From Styela clava (Eukaryota): a stretch of DNA of 64,000 nt. This document shows, piece by piece, positions 25,865 through 39,757 of this stretch (positions are counted from its first letter, which is position 1; each line of letters opens with the position of its first letter). A model generated the notes under the pieces. That model did no database searches. It had not been told where the DNA came from and saw nothing but the letters and a program-made list of their open reading frames with translations. The DNA lies in assembly GCF_964204865.1 (NCBI RefSeq), contig NC_135260.1, positions 9,486,001-9,550,000 of the forward strand, read 5' to 3'. The position numbers and the translations under genes were made by a program.

Positions 25865-28800
25865 TGAACTTGAAATCGCTAATGACGGTAAGGTAGAACC
25901 AACTTATTCAGTTTTTTGAGAGTATGTAATAGCAGTCAATTGCGATAAATACAGTGTGACCGCCAAAAAACGGAACATACTGGTTTACTTTCAATCCGTA
26001 TGTGCTATACACAAATTCTATTTTATGCATCCTGAAAAATTCAAATTAATATGCTGCTATATATACGGTAACCATAACTGTAAATCAATCTGCTGGCACT
26101 CAGTCGAGCAGTTGCCGTGGTTACCTCGCTCAAAGGTGCTTGGAGTCTCTCTTTTGCAATAGCGAGCGCCTTTGGATGTCCCAGACATCATCCGGATACT
26201 TAACGTTTCTAAAATATATTTGTGTGAAAACTCTGTTTCTATATTTAATTTAGGCCTTCTACTTTATTTCTTCTTTTTTACCCGGTATTACCTGTCTAGT
26301 AGTCACCATATCAGATTTGGTACCAGGCGTCGCTGCTCGATAACCAGTACTGGTTTTCAGCGTCTCCATCCACTCTGTAAATACTATCCTTGTCTTATTC
26401 TGCTCGTATATGTTTGTTGCGTATTTTCAGTATTGGTGGGAATCTAAATTACTGATTACTGAGTAAATTATTTAATGTTGTCTAAACTTGAACTTCTGTT
26501 TCTGTTTGATTGTACGCAACGGTTTCAGAAATCAAGGACGTTTTGCACATAAGTTATGTTTTCTCTAGAATATGTTCAAATTCCGTCCTCGGCGTTAGAG
26601 ACATACTTGCATCTATTATACAAACAGCCAAAATTTTTCTCGATTTTGACTGCAATATGGGCCTACATTCTTTTATTAGCTATCTCAAGATCTCAAATCA
26701 GAGCCAAAGCACAATATTTCACTTTCATAGAAAAAATAATTTTTCGTTTTCATGTAATATTCACAAAGTAGTTATTTGTTAGTTCGACATAGTGTGAGAA
26801 AATTTAATCATAAATTGATCCAATTGACTTTTGTAATTGTTTGCAAACAAAACTTATTGAATGAGAAAATTGGATTTTTTACAATTTACTGACAGAATTA
26901 TAATAGTTTTTTCGAAGGTTGTTGCGTTGTTGAAACTACTAAAAATAATACTTGCCATTGTAAGCAAAAATATATATATTCTGCCAATTTGACATTAGAT
27001 GATATATATCTATGATCATTTTATAAAAAAAAGTACAAATATTGTAAAACTATTGAGTTTCATGGCGGCGGATGTAAAATACCAAATCTTTTTGTATCTA
27101 TTTATGGCCTTGGCTCGTATTTAAAATATTTATACAGGAGTTCAACATTCTAACATTAGGATCAATATTTTATGAATAAAGGCAATATCACTCTGGTAAG
27201 TTTTGAACACAAAGTTAAATTGTTTCGATCGTTGAATATTTTCGATATCTATATAAAAACGACAACAAAGTTCGTTTTATTTGAAATTTAATGTCTCGTG
27301 GTCCCGTCCCGTAATATTCCAAAAGCTATGAGCATGCAATACCAGTTGTGTGGGGCTCGAATTCGGGGTCATCAACATGACTCATCATAGTTATGCACCC
27401 AATGCGTTGACCAGTTGCAACGTGGTCAGTTGAATTTTTTTATATATATAAGGTTTGTTATTTATGAGCTTCGATTAATTTATGTTATGTGTTTGTCCCG
27501 GTAGAGTATGATCGAGTATGGGCTAGTTCCAGTCCAGCTTGACCATCACTCAGCGCCTATTTGAACACTTTGGTAAATTAGTTTATGATCAGGAAGCTAC
27601 GCGTCAATAAAGAGAGATGCGAAATACGTTCGTTAATGTTTAACCAATCATCTTCGCGCTATAGGCGTTTTACCACAATGTCAATAAGGGCGACAATAAG
27701 CAAAGAGGATGAATTACGATCTAATGCGTATACACGAAATACAGTATTTATGCTTTCTGTGCCTTTTGTTTTGGTCAGTAAGATGCTACCTTACTTTAGT
27801 ATACTTTTTTCGTTGCAAATAACAATGAATCATTAGATGAACTAATGATGAACTGAAATGATACCAGGATACATTTAGGATAAGAAAGCAGCATTGGTTA
27901 TCGTTAGGATAAATATCGGAAAGAAAGAAAAGTTTCCTTCCGAAGTTTCTACATCATTTTGGCCACTCAGCTAGGTATTGCACATCATACGACGCCAAAA
28001 TTTTTGTGATGTTCCCGATTATTTCAAAAACCCTATAAACGACTCTAGAGTAGATAATCAGTAACTGATAATATATACGATAGCGACAGTATTTTAGGTG
28101 GGATTCGATCTTCCCAATTCTGAATATTGTCGTTGTATTGAATCCAACCCTTATTCAGATCATGATTGAGCTATTTTCCTCTACGAGTCTAGTTTAGTGC
28201 TTCAAAGGTTAGCCCTTAGTTCCCAATTCAGGTAGTATTCTCTCATAAGAATTGATTTGGCACACAAACATATTACGTACATCTTTGTTGACTAACCGTA
28301 GTTCTGTCAACAGGGTTACCGTTGAACTTGGCTCTGTGGGCAAACCAGCCAGCCAATAAAACTTTACAATGTGGTTGAAATCACTCCACTTGGTACAGTT
28401 CATTCATGGGCTGTCATAATATGAATATTTAATTGTAGAACGTTCTGTACGAAATCTTGTTTTGTTTGAGGTGTCATAGACGGTGTAGGCATCTTTCAGA
28501 GGAATTATTTATTAGTAAGTAGATTTATTCTGTAAGTTCCGAGTTCAGCCAAAAAATGAGCCGTGATAAATAATACCAATAATAACTCAGTTTTTGAACT
28601 TGAGTGGATTTGAGTTATACACGCCCGGAGATCCAAGGTCAAATGAAATATAGTATTGGTTCTAGGAAGTTCTATAATCGAATCTAGAAACCCCTTCCGT
28701 CCACAGATCAGACACAATGACGCTGCTTTGAACAACCGTGTTTGAATGTGGGTTGCAGGTGATAAGATAATAAAACTTGAACGATGACTCAACTTTTGTT

Positions 28801-29542
28801 CTCGGGAACGTTCAGACACATGCGTTCCAATCATCAACAAGGGAAAATTGAGCTTTTTTGCCCTTTTCGCTATCAAAGCTTGGCGGGAATTCATTTTGAC
28901 AATGTTACAATTTTCAACATGGCGTGACTCGTAAACGAGATATGTTTGATAATGAAGAATTTGGCTTACTAACTTTTTAATTAGCTATTTACGTATTCTA
29001 AACAGTGGTTTTCACAGGCTGTTGCAAAAAAGCGATTACGTCACAGACGTCATTAAAAGTAATGTCGGTTTTAAAATTTTATTATGTGACAGTTCAATGA
29101 ACCTAGCACAGCCAAACCACTGAAAAATATTGTCTTTCTGTCAGCCCATAGGACAATCTATAACTCAATTTATGAGGTGTTGGTAATTACTGTAAAACTG
29201 TAAAAAGCGAAAAAGAAAGAAAGACATAAGGCGATGAAAAAAACATATAGATCGCCTTTAAATATTGAAATTGAAAATAACTTTTCATCATAAACCTTAC
29301 GATTGCTAGCTCAATATGTTCTGTTAGGTTGGACAATGTGTTTGATTGTTATTATTCAGAAATATAACTGAGAGAGTGTCCAATAAACGCAATAGTCAAG
29401 ACAGCGTCTACGAACTCGAAGTAAACCTTTCAGATCCGACATATCTCTCCGTGCCCTTGAAGCGTGTCCACTTATCTTACTTAAGATTCAGCAGCATATA
29501 TGAAAAACGGTTCTCATCTATACTTGCAATACATATATATAT

Positions 29543-29790
29543 ATGGATCGTTTTGTCATCATTCTGTTGTTCATCTTGTTGTTAATCATTCTTTCCTTAT
29601 TGTTGTTGTGGAAAACTACAGGATCAAGTGCTTGGAAATTTTTAGTGATTGGAGATTTTTCGCTAGGCTGCTATTACTTTAATGTATTTGAAAAAAATCT
29701 GTGGGCGCTATGAGATTCGTTTTTTTTTGGTTGCGATGGCGCCATCAAAATCAAAAATTGCGCACTTTGTGGCGGTTCCCACTTCGGCTT
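29543..29790 (+). mobile_element. Partial copy of HINE-like repeat family 1
   Basis: atggatcgttttgtc...gagattcgtttttt...gatggcgccatcaaaat...gcggttcc is shared with the other copies. Confidence 0.55.
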
Positions 29791-29855
29791 TAGTGTCCAA
29801 ACACTTAGGCATTGCTTTTTTGTTTATCACGCGAAGCCCCATCAAATTTCCTCAT

Positions 29856-30061
29856 TAAAACACTAAGTGAATAATATGGCTGAGCTAATAGCAACTATAC
29901 ATTGTATCAGAATGTTTAAATAATCTTATCTGAAAACAACGTGCAGATGTCATCCCTCAATTTTAAAGTAAACGAATTGACGGGATAACATCTGAACGTT
30001 GTTTTCAGATAAGATTATTTAAACATTCTGATACAATGTATAGTATTCACTTAGTCTTTTA
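29856..30061. repeat. Long inverted repeat (palindrome / foldback element)
   Basis: 29894-29941 is a perfect 48-bp reverse complement of 29997-30044, with an imperfect inner extension. Outer arms are taaaacactaagtgaata / tattcacttagtctttta. Confidence 0.9.
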
Positions 30062-31155
30062 CGTGCCGTTTCCTTTCATTGACTTTTTTAGGACTAGGAT
30101 TAGTCAGGTAGTTTTGATCGTTTATGATTAACATGTAGTAAGTTTATTGATGATTTGTTGATGGAATTATCGTGGGGCGTTCAGAAACGTATTTGAATAA
30201 AATAATGATGTTCTAAAAGAGTGCGGTTTTGTAAAATTTTGCACTTATCGTGACTTTGTTCAAAATTAGATCCATTTAGCAAAAAATACCCAAAGCACTA
30301 GACTATAGTTGACAATTGAATACAAAAATTTCCTAGGAAATAGGTTTATTTTATGAACAATAGTCAAATTGTTTCTAAGTTTTCTTAGCATGTTTTTTTT
30401 TTAACTTGGAAGGTGTTAGCATTATACTCGGCAAAGTTTGCATAAATAAACGCAGGTTGGAAATCTAGGATTAAAACCCATTTAAGTCAGTTCATCACCT
30501 TTTACAGAGTCTAACTTTTCATTTCATGATTAATCAAGTTTCATAAAATGTGCGCACTAGAAAAACTCACACCGTCCAAAACCCAACATAGACAATCCAA
30601 TGTTGCTTCTCGTATGAGGCCATGTTTCACGCAAATGTACAATAAATACACTTTGAATAAATCCGAAAAGATTGTATAAAACAAAAATCTATAAAATATT
30701 TTAGCGTTAGTTAGTGTTATTCTACCAAGCGCATGATATCATATACATAATTATTTAAATAATATGCATCGGGTGTGGTATGCTGGTTGTGTAATTATCC
30801 CAGCTAATGCAAACAATAACGTTCATATTTTTTAAAGCTGTGGTCACAGGTTATCTCTGTGTAATTTGGTCATCAATCAAAAGATAGCAAACTCTTACCG
30901 CATATTTAATATTCATTATCGCTACAACGTTTTTGTAAAATAGATTCCATCCAGTATTACGATATATATAACAGCAACGATAAGATATCACTTGAGAAAC
31001 AGTGTCTGTAGTTGGTAGCTTCAGCAGAACTTGTCTAAGTAAACTTCCGATTTTTTTTTCTTTCAGTTATTACGATCTTTATAAGTAAGTTTAAGTAAGT
31101 TCGGTTTTTCGGTTTTGTGTGTGGCTGTAGTTTGAAATAAATTTAACAGTTTACA

Positions 31156-32039
31156 TGGAATTACCATATTTTTTGACGTCAAAGCGGGACGCCTCCAAAG
31201 ACATGACCCCTTAGCAGTGTAGAAACGGAAGAAGTTGTCAGAAGTTTATTACATTCAATTATTTACTTCATATTTGTTTTATTATTATTTGTTCGCGTTT
31301 GTTTTATTATTATTTTATTTTTGGTGGGCGGGCACGTACCTACATTGTACGCTTTTTAACTTTTTTTTTTGAGTTATGCCCGTCTTCCAGATATCTCGGC
31401 ATTTTGTTGTCAGAGAAGAACCAAAATAAATGATTGGTTTATTGATCCTGTAACTTTACAGTTTTCGATTTTACTACATAGGCCTACATTTATGGTCATC
31501 CCGGCTGTCTTCATTGACCATATTGTCATCGAAAGTCTATGCGCATATTCTCTGTCGAAATATCGCGTTCAGTTCGAAAAATAGAAAGGAATAGACGCTA
31601 ACGATATAAATGATCCGAATTTAGATTTTTTTTATGTACAGCAAAACGAATAATAAAATAGTCTGCCGTTTTCAGGCATTGAGAATTTACCTATTCGCCC
31701 AAGCATGCTTTTAGGTAGATAACACCTTCAAAAGGACGTTGTTTAATGTTACATTCACGTGAACGTCCGAACAGGACCAAATTTAGGATTGATTTTACAT
31801 GGGATACGTTTGCCAACAATGTTAGCGGGAAACAACGGAACAAACAAAATAACGCATTCACCTTCAGTAAATAGGCTAGCGTTGCGCTTCACAGCAATAA
31901 CAGAACAAGAACATGTTCGTGTATTATGCTGGATGGCTGAACGCCAAAGCGGGACTTTTGGCTGACTTGTCGGGTCGGCGGGACAAGACGCTAAAAAGCG
32001 GGGACTGTCCCGCCTAAAGCGGGACGTATGGTAAGCCTA
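31156..32039. mobile_element. Non-autonomous hAT-type DNA transposon (884 bp)
   Basis: Perfect 8-bp TSD AGTTTACA (31148-31155 and 32040-32047), imperfect TIRs tggaattaccata / tatggtaagccta, and repeated subterminal AAAGCGGGAC motifs. No transposase ORF. Confidence 0.85.
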
Positions 32040-35000
32040 AGTTTACATAGCTTTTTTAAATTTCGTATATATTAATATAAATGATTGGTTCAACTATTGT
32101 GTACCTAACTTATGTTCCTCTCTGCAGTGACCTTTGTGACAGTGATCCTCTTGCACTGCTCGCAATGATACTATAGCATGAATCCGAACGGCATAAAGCA
32201 TCGCATTCTTTTCAATTAATTAAAATTCGAATTCTGTAACTTGTGTGCCTGTGAAAGTGCGTAGATGTGCCTATAGTACTTATTTCCTTTATGGTTAAGC
32301 AGACCTTTTTATTCCACAATTTTATAGAAAAACAATAATAACGTTTATATAACAACATATGGCACTAAGTTTGTTTCAATTAATATCAAGTAATAATAAT
32401 ATTATCAATAAATAATAATATTAATATCAAATAATAAGTAACAACGAGACAAACTTCATTCAATCTAATCCGGTCTGCGTTTGGGTGTTTCAGCTGCCAA
32501 TGAGAAATGCCGACTGGTTTCTACACTGTTAAAAACAGCGGAAATACTCCCTTTTACAGTATTTCGATTTGTTTTGTTAGAATCGCAGTCATATGTTAAT
32601 TACAGACAAATATAAACAGATAATGTCAGAAACTGGTTTTGAAAGTCTTTACGACCATGCAAAGCATGAACGCTAAATGACAATTAGTGATGTACTTTGT
32701 CAATCAACGATAACGGTCTAATGCAAAGTTTATATATTATATTTTTAATAGTAAATTATACTGCCTTATTAAAGCGCAAATGACTTCACACTGAAGTTGA
32801 CTATTATGACTTTTTTATAATCCATGGCTAACAATACGCCGCCTATAGAGTGACAGCAGATTAAAACGTCATAAGTAGTTTTTCAAAGCATTCGCCATTC
32901 AATGACATTGTAATTATTATTAGTTATATAGAGAATGAACGGCAGAATATATCAAATAAAGTGTTTGAGAATTTATCATTCAAATAAGCATGGCATGATG
33001 CAGATTATGTGGCATAGGTTTGTTTCAGTCATATACAGTTAGAGAATGTTCAACCTATACCGCCGTCTCTTTCCCAGCATAAGAGTGAGCTGACTGGAAA
33101 ATTGGAAGTATTCTTCATTCTGGAATTAAACTTTGATATGTTGTTTGAAGCAAAGATGGGGAATGATTCGTAATATGTTTTTTGAATACAGTTAGGTACA
33201 TAGCCAATTACTTGGTGACATTTTACTAGCCAGTGCTATCAACTACCCGGCGCAGTCTGTTATGAGTGCCGGTAGCATTTTTGATCTTATATGCAAGTTT
33301 AGTTTTATACCCAGCAACCAAAGCGAAGACGCCCCTAGTAAAACGGTGGCATACCAGAACGGGAACGTTAAGATGTTATGTTGTTATAGTATATATAGAT
33401 TGAGGCAAAACTTTAAAAACCTAAAGTTTTATAAACAGGTGAATTTACAGCGTTGGCCAAACGGTAACAAGTTCCCACTGGTGGCCCACCTTGTATAGAC
33501 GGAGCTTACAGAGAGAGGTATTCGAATACAATTTTTGGCTTGAGATTATGTAGATGAGCGGTAACTTCTCCCATGAATGGATTCTGTATTTGTTTTCTAA
33601 ATTTCACATTAATATAGGTATTTTCATTTCACGTATGCTTTTCGTTTTTCAATGGAAGGCGGGTTTCCCTGGGAACCATTGGAGTCCGTTGCGTACTCAT
33701 GAAACAACAATCGTAAATTTCAGCGTTATGATGAACAATTTGTTTATTTACGTGCTCTTTTCACAAATTAAATAATTTAAAATTCTTTAAAGTTCATTTT
33801 ATGTGATCCTTTCTTATTTACGACTTCTACGACGTAACATATACTGGCGTGTATTTCCATTACCAATATTTGTAGTGTTGTATATCAGTGGGACATGTCA
33901 GCAATTTAGCTTTTTTTAAAGACAACAAACGTATAAACTACGGTTATTCTGGACGCTGCGTTTGTTTCCGACTAATAGAAGAACGATTCTGTTGGCCTAG
34001 TGACTCATATTTGCAGAATTTTAAGTGGGTTCACAATCACATATTATCAAGATACCAGCCCTTACACGACATAAACCTGACTCCATCTAAACCCAAATTT
34101 TGTAAGCTTCGTCGAATCTCATGTGAAACACCTGCAAACCGCGCACCCGCTGATAATCAAATTTACCGATGTACATGTATTGAGTAGTCAACATTACACA
34201 CTTCAGATCACGAGCTACTCATATTGTTTTTCTGCGATTTCATTTTTCTTCAATTTCTTTATGATTTTTTAATGGCCAATGCTTGATTGAGTGCTGCCAG
34301 GTTATTTATCGGGAATATTTTGCAAATATTGAATTAGACTTAGAGTTTATCTCTGATACAAGGTCAAGAAGGCGTCAAGTATACCATCCCATGAATCAAG
34401 CTTTGACAAACAAATGCAATTTCACTCACTGTAATGCAATTTGTGAATGCGGTAACAAGGTTTGGTATTGAATATGACGTCAATTGTATTTTGTTGTTAC
34501 TCCTTTATATAAAAAATGGCTCTTTAGAAAAATACATGGGGGAACTGCGTAGAAACAGATCCCTCTGGAGATTTGAGTGAGGTCGCGTACAACGTCAGTC
34601 AGATTACGTCAAGGATTTATCACTGAAGATCAGGCATAGGTGAATGAGTGGGCAGGCATAATCAAGTCTCTGTGGGACTCTGTGGTTACTCACTCGGCGA
34701 GTTCAAAATTATTGTTTAGCTGGTGTCATTCCTATAATATATTCAAACTGGAATTGAAAATCACTGCACTACGAAAATTGCTTTTCCTTATGAGCTGATG
34801 AATTTGGCATTGTAAATCGAATATTAGAGTGGCCATGTTTTTGTTCAATATTATTGCTTTATGTGATAGAAACCCGGCGTATTTAATTCATTTGGATGAA
34901 AGTAAAAAAGGAGGTGTTTTCGAGTAAAATATGACCCTATTACTAAAATAATAGAGTAGAACTATTTCAATTTTTTTTAATTAAGTTTTGCTTAAACTTC

Positions 35001-36296
35001 TTTCTATTTTTGGTTTGCTCCAGTTGATATTATACATTATATTTCAGCACTTACGTAGGCTAAAACAGTATAGTTCAGAAGATTTGTTTGGTGTATTTGA
35101 GACTAGTCAACATATATGTTTGAAGAAACATAAAAACGTCATTTGGCAGTGGTGTTCACAAGATTCAAAGGTAGTAACTTTCTATAAGACTCTGTAGTCA
35201 TTTCCACAGTGTAATCATTTTATGTCAAATTTCACGGAGTAAAATATTGTTGTTAAATGGTTGATTCCCGCGACCAAATTGGTTGCACAAAATGAAAAAA
35301 AACTTGAGTAAATTTGAACTAATATTTTCTTTTTTCCAAAGTCCAAACCTCGACTACAAAAAGTAAGTATTTGCGAACGTGTAAATCAAGCTTTGATAAA
35401 TCAATAAACTGTCATAGATTATCATCCAATAATCAATTTTCTGTTCTGTGTCGCCGAAATGCGCATCTTTCATGTGAAAAGCTACCAATTTGCATTACAA
35501 AATTTTATTTTTAAACTTGATTTTAACAAAATTGAGACATTTGAAAAAAATCATAAGGAAAATCCAATTGTTTGATTACATATATCAAAGTATGTGTTTC
35601 AAGGCATTAATACAAGTTTTTCAGATAACTCTAACTCTGGACCGAGTCGGCTTTCATGATACCATACAAGAATAAGCGGATTTTCAATTAGCGTGTTTTC
35701 GACCTAATGTAGTTGTGATTTTGCGTCAAAATCGTTAAGCACTTACACTGCCTGAAAAACTTTGATCTGTAAAATCAGATTTGCTTGTCAATTTTTGAAA
35801 AGATTCGCTTGTTTGATAATTCAATTATCATGTAATATAGTTAGAAAATTTTAGTCATCAAGTGATTGATGAAGTTCTGAGTTCGTTATTTCTTTCACGG
35901 AATATTAGGGATACGTAAAAATAGGATCTATATACGAAAAATACGGTCTCGAATTCTCAAACCTACTTTTTGAATGATAACATAAAGACATAAATCCGCG
36001 CATACTTCATTCTAACTTTTATTAATTTAGTGATATACTCAACTGATCACTAATCTCGTAATTGCGTCACATTAAAAACACGTTATATTTATGGAATTCA
36101 CTTACATAAAAATGATAGCAATGAACGACCCTACTTTGTACTTCCCTAACCAGGAGCCTGAGTTTAAATAACTCAAATGAATCGTTTTAGCAGCTTGATG
36201 GAAGTGAACTTGGCCACTGGCGGTCATTTTCAATGCGACCTTTCTGAAATCCCTAAAGTTTTTAGATTTTTTTGTCATTTCAAATAGCCTTTATGG

Positions 36297-36775
36297 CAGG
36301 GGTCGGCAACCTTTTGTCGCTCGCGGGCAAAAATTAAGGGTGGCAGGTCATTGGCGGGCCTCACATATTTTTAGAAAGTTGAAAACCAAACGGATGATAC
36401 TTTTTATAATAAAAATCAAGATATGATACATTTCTCGAATAGAATATAGATTTATTTCCTCATTGCATTGCATCTCAAAAAATTCAAGTTGAATATTTTC
36501 GGCGCCATTGAACCCTTTGCACCAACATCAACTTTTCTTCGTTTTGTTGCCATTTATTTAATTATAATTAAATTATAGGCTCATTTAAACGAGTAATTGT
36601 GAATTTTATATTTGTTAGATTATAATATAATTTAGTCTACACGTGTCTAACAATAAATTTTGTTACGTATATTTATGGCCAAACAGCAGTTTTGTTACTA
36701 TAAATCAGTGGAGCGTCGCGGGCCGGATTATATTACTCCGCGGGCCGGATGCGGGCCGTAGGTTGCCGACCTCTG
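36297..36775. mobile_element. Non-autonomous hAT (Charlie-like) MITE
   Basis: TIRs CAGGGGTCGGCAACCT / AGGTTGCCGACCTCTG, near-perfect TSD ctttatgg / cttatgg, and subterminal GCGGGCCGGAT repeats. Confidence 0.85.
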
Positions 36776-39757
36776 CTTATGGTCATCTTGGGAATCATAA
36801 AACCAATATATCTGTGATTATCCTTCCCGAAATGACTCAAATGAGCCTCAGTGCAAACGCCATGTCCGACATAACTATGCCATTTTGAATCGATGCAACA
36901 CGTGCTGAAATGCCACTTTTTGTAGTAGGCTGAATGCGGTAGGATGAAAACGCCATATTAGTATCTAATGTTTTTTATATTATATTCGATTATACTTTAT
37001 CTGTGTATATTTGACTTCCATTGCGATTCGATGTCAAATATTTCATAATTACTTTTCAGTTTTCTTCAGATCAATACTTCCAGCGAATTCACAAGGGAAC
37101 CGCTTTTATTGAATCATATTTCCGTGAAACAAATACCTAATCAAAGATTTTGTATTCAACCGTATTTAATTATTACGGAAAAATTACGTTGGTTAAACTG
37201 GAAATTAAAAAAATTCGCTTTCATGGTTATTTTCGCAGTACAACGTAATAAGTTTCTTCTTACAACTTTTTGGTATCTAATCAAATGTACTTATCACGGA
37301 TTTGAATCTTCCCTAAAACCTTTTTTTAATAAATATTTCAACAATTTGTATTTTTGATACCACTTTCAAATTTTTTGCAAGAAAGAAAAAGACGGATGAG
37401 ATCTTATTCATATTAAAATCTTCGCGCTATAGTCCGGTTACTAGTTGGGTGGGTTGTGCGAATAATAAATTTGATGTGACTGATTAATCTGAATGGTTAG
37501 GTAGCAATACCTCCCATATATTCATTAGCCACTGGTTTTGAATCTGTCACCTCCAGCGCGATGAGAAAAAGTACATTGCCACAACCTTCAAAAACGGAGT
37601 CGGATTTTTTATTTTTCTTAACTATCAAAATTTATAATAGACCACACTAAAATTATAGTATTTTTATTTTTGCTTTGGTAAAACGTTTTTAATAATAATT
37701 AATTACCATACTGCTGTGATGCCTTTTTTCGTCATTTGATTTTTATTTTTGTTCACACTGCCGATGCAACTTTTTGCAAAAAATCCAAAGTCAACGATCG
37801 TCAAACTTTTAGCATTGTGGTCAATCTGCAAGACCTTTATAGACCACATGGATGAGGTTTGGCAGCTGCCTTTTTCCCATATTTCGACCAAGAGACAGAA
37901 AATATAATTTCATATGACATTTTCATTACTGTAATTACTTTTAAATCTGGGTATTGACGTCATACGCCAACAAGAAAATCAATTTTCTTTCGTCGTCCCT
38001 TCCTGTCGACTACGCAAAAATCAATATTTTTTATTTCAAATATGACGTTCTTTTTCTGTTCAAATGAAAGACAACGGTAGATTTAATAAGCTTTTCAACT
38101 CGCAGGCTGCAGGAATAGGACGTACGTTATTTTAGACCTCATAAATTTAGCAACGATTTACAAGGCACGTGTTTCGAATGTTATTTTATTTAAATAAATT
38201 GATGTAACTTACGAAAATAGATGCTGCTTTATATCGTTCAATGTGGATGTTAAATATTATATTTGAGGACATATCGTATTCAGCAAAATTTGAAGGGACA
38301 GTTAGCGAAAGAGTCGTTTGTAAGTTGCGTGAGAAGTGCCCATATGGTCAAACATTGAAGTTTTTTATGGCAGGGTAAGAACATTATGGAAAGATGTAGA
38401 CTATGCAAAAGTGTGAATTTTATGAATATATCCCCTAGTCCGTTCAATTGATTGATTTTCCGGACTTGGTATTTCGTGCATATTCTACAGAACGGGACTA
38501 GGCGCCGCCTTCTATTTTGGCGCCATCCGAAAAGCTTAGATTAATACATTGCAACACATGCATTGCTACACATAATACCACAATCGGATTTTTCTTATTA
38601 CTGTTCGAAATGTCTGCAATCAAGTTTAAAAATGAAATTTTGTAATGCAAAATTGGCAGCTCATCGCATGGAAATGCGCACTTCGGCACCACAGAAGAGG
38701 AAATTGATTATTGGATGATAATCTATATGACAGCTTATTGATTTATTAAATCTTGATTCACACACCCGCAGTTAAGGGCTTTACTAGGCATTGAGTTTGG
38801 TAAATGGTAATTGAAAATATGAAATACGAGCGAGATTTTGATTACGATATATTACTTACTACCTGTAGACCTTCAACAAGTTGTTCAACAGACAATGTTA
38901 TTATGTTGTTGTTAGGGTTGTTGTTAGAATTTTGTTGTTTAAATAAATAAAATTGCTTTCTCATTAACTACTGGATGAATTGCTTTAAAATTTTCAGTGC
39001 ATTGTTGAAGATTGTAGTTTTCACTAGAATGGCTACTTCCTTTGTTTATTTTTCTAATTTACGATGCCGGTTGAAGACCACCCTCACTTCGCTATTCAGA
39101 TCGTGGTATACCTTTACTTTTCTAATGCTGCGTTGTTGAAACAAACATTTGGTTTGAACAGATGTATAATAAAGGTTCACCGTAATTAAGCGGATTTACT
39201 TCGTACGTCAAAGAGGATGATTAAAAGGGATTGTGTTCAACCAAAGTGTACGCATTTGAGGCTAATTAGGCAGTTTATTCAGATTAAGAAATATATCAAT
39301 ACTCATTCCGTCAAATTTTGAACCTAGAAGTGTTATTATGCCCTTACTTTGGAAATGTGAATCGATACATCATACTTCTATAAACGTAGACCATGAGCCT
39401 ACTTCTCAAATCAAGTGCGTGAATGAACATAAATAATAGAAAGGAATCTCGTTTTTTTTTTTGTAAGGTACTCACTCGCCATCGCACTTTTTCACATTAC
39501 CTTGTGGCACGCAGTCTTTTTCCGAATGCACAAGTTTCCCATTATCCATTGCCGGTGGTGGATGATATCGGTAGTTATTTAGGGCTACGATATGTTTTGT
39601 TTGCTTTGCAATTGCGCAAACCAATGACTTTTCAATATATCTGCATTATCCAGGGAACATAGCTTCATGCATTAGGTAGTATTTTTGATGAAGTGATAAA
39701 AATTGACGTAAAGCAAATATTGGAGTTTTTATTCAAGACGAATTGAACACTCAAACC

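Noticed and set aside
27290-27430. Possible tRNA gene or SINE on the minus strand (B-box-like TTCGAGCCC)
   Set aside because: No cloverleaf and no second copy in the window, so it is too degenerate to call.
28505-28894. 129-aa minus-strand ORF in the intergenic region
   Set aside because: No recognisable domain, no convincing exon context, and composition is not protein-like.
31066-31083. 18-nt segment between a strong acceptor and GTAAGT, a possible non-coding PDE 5' exon
   Set aside because: The only support is the splice-like motifs.
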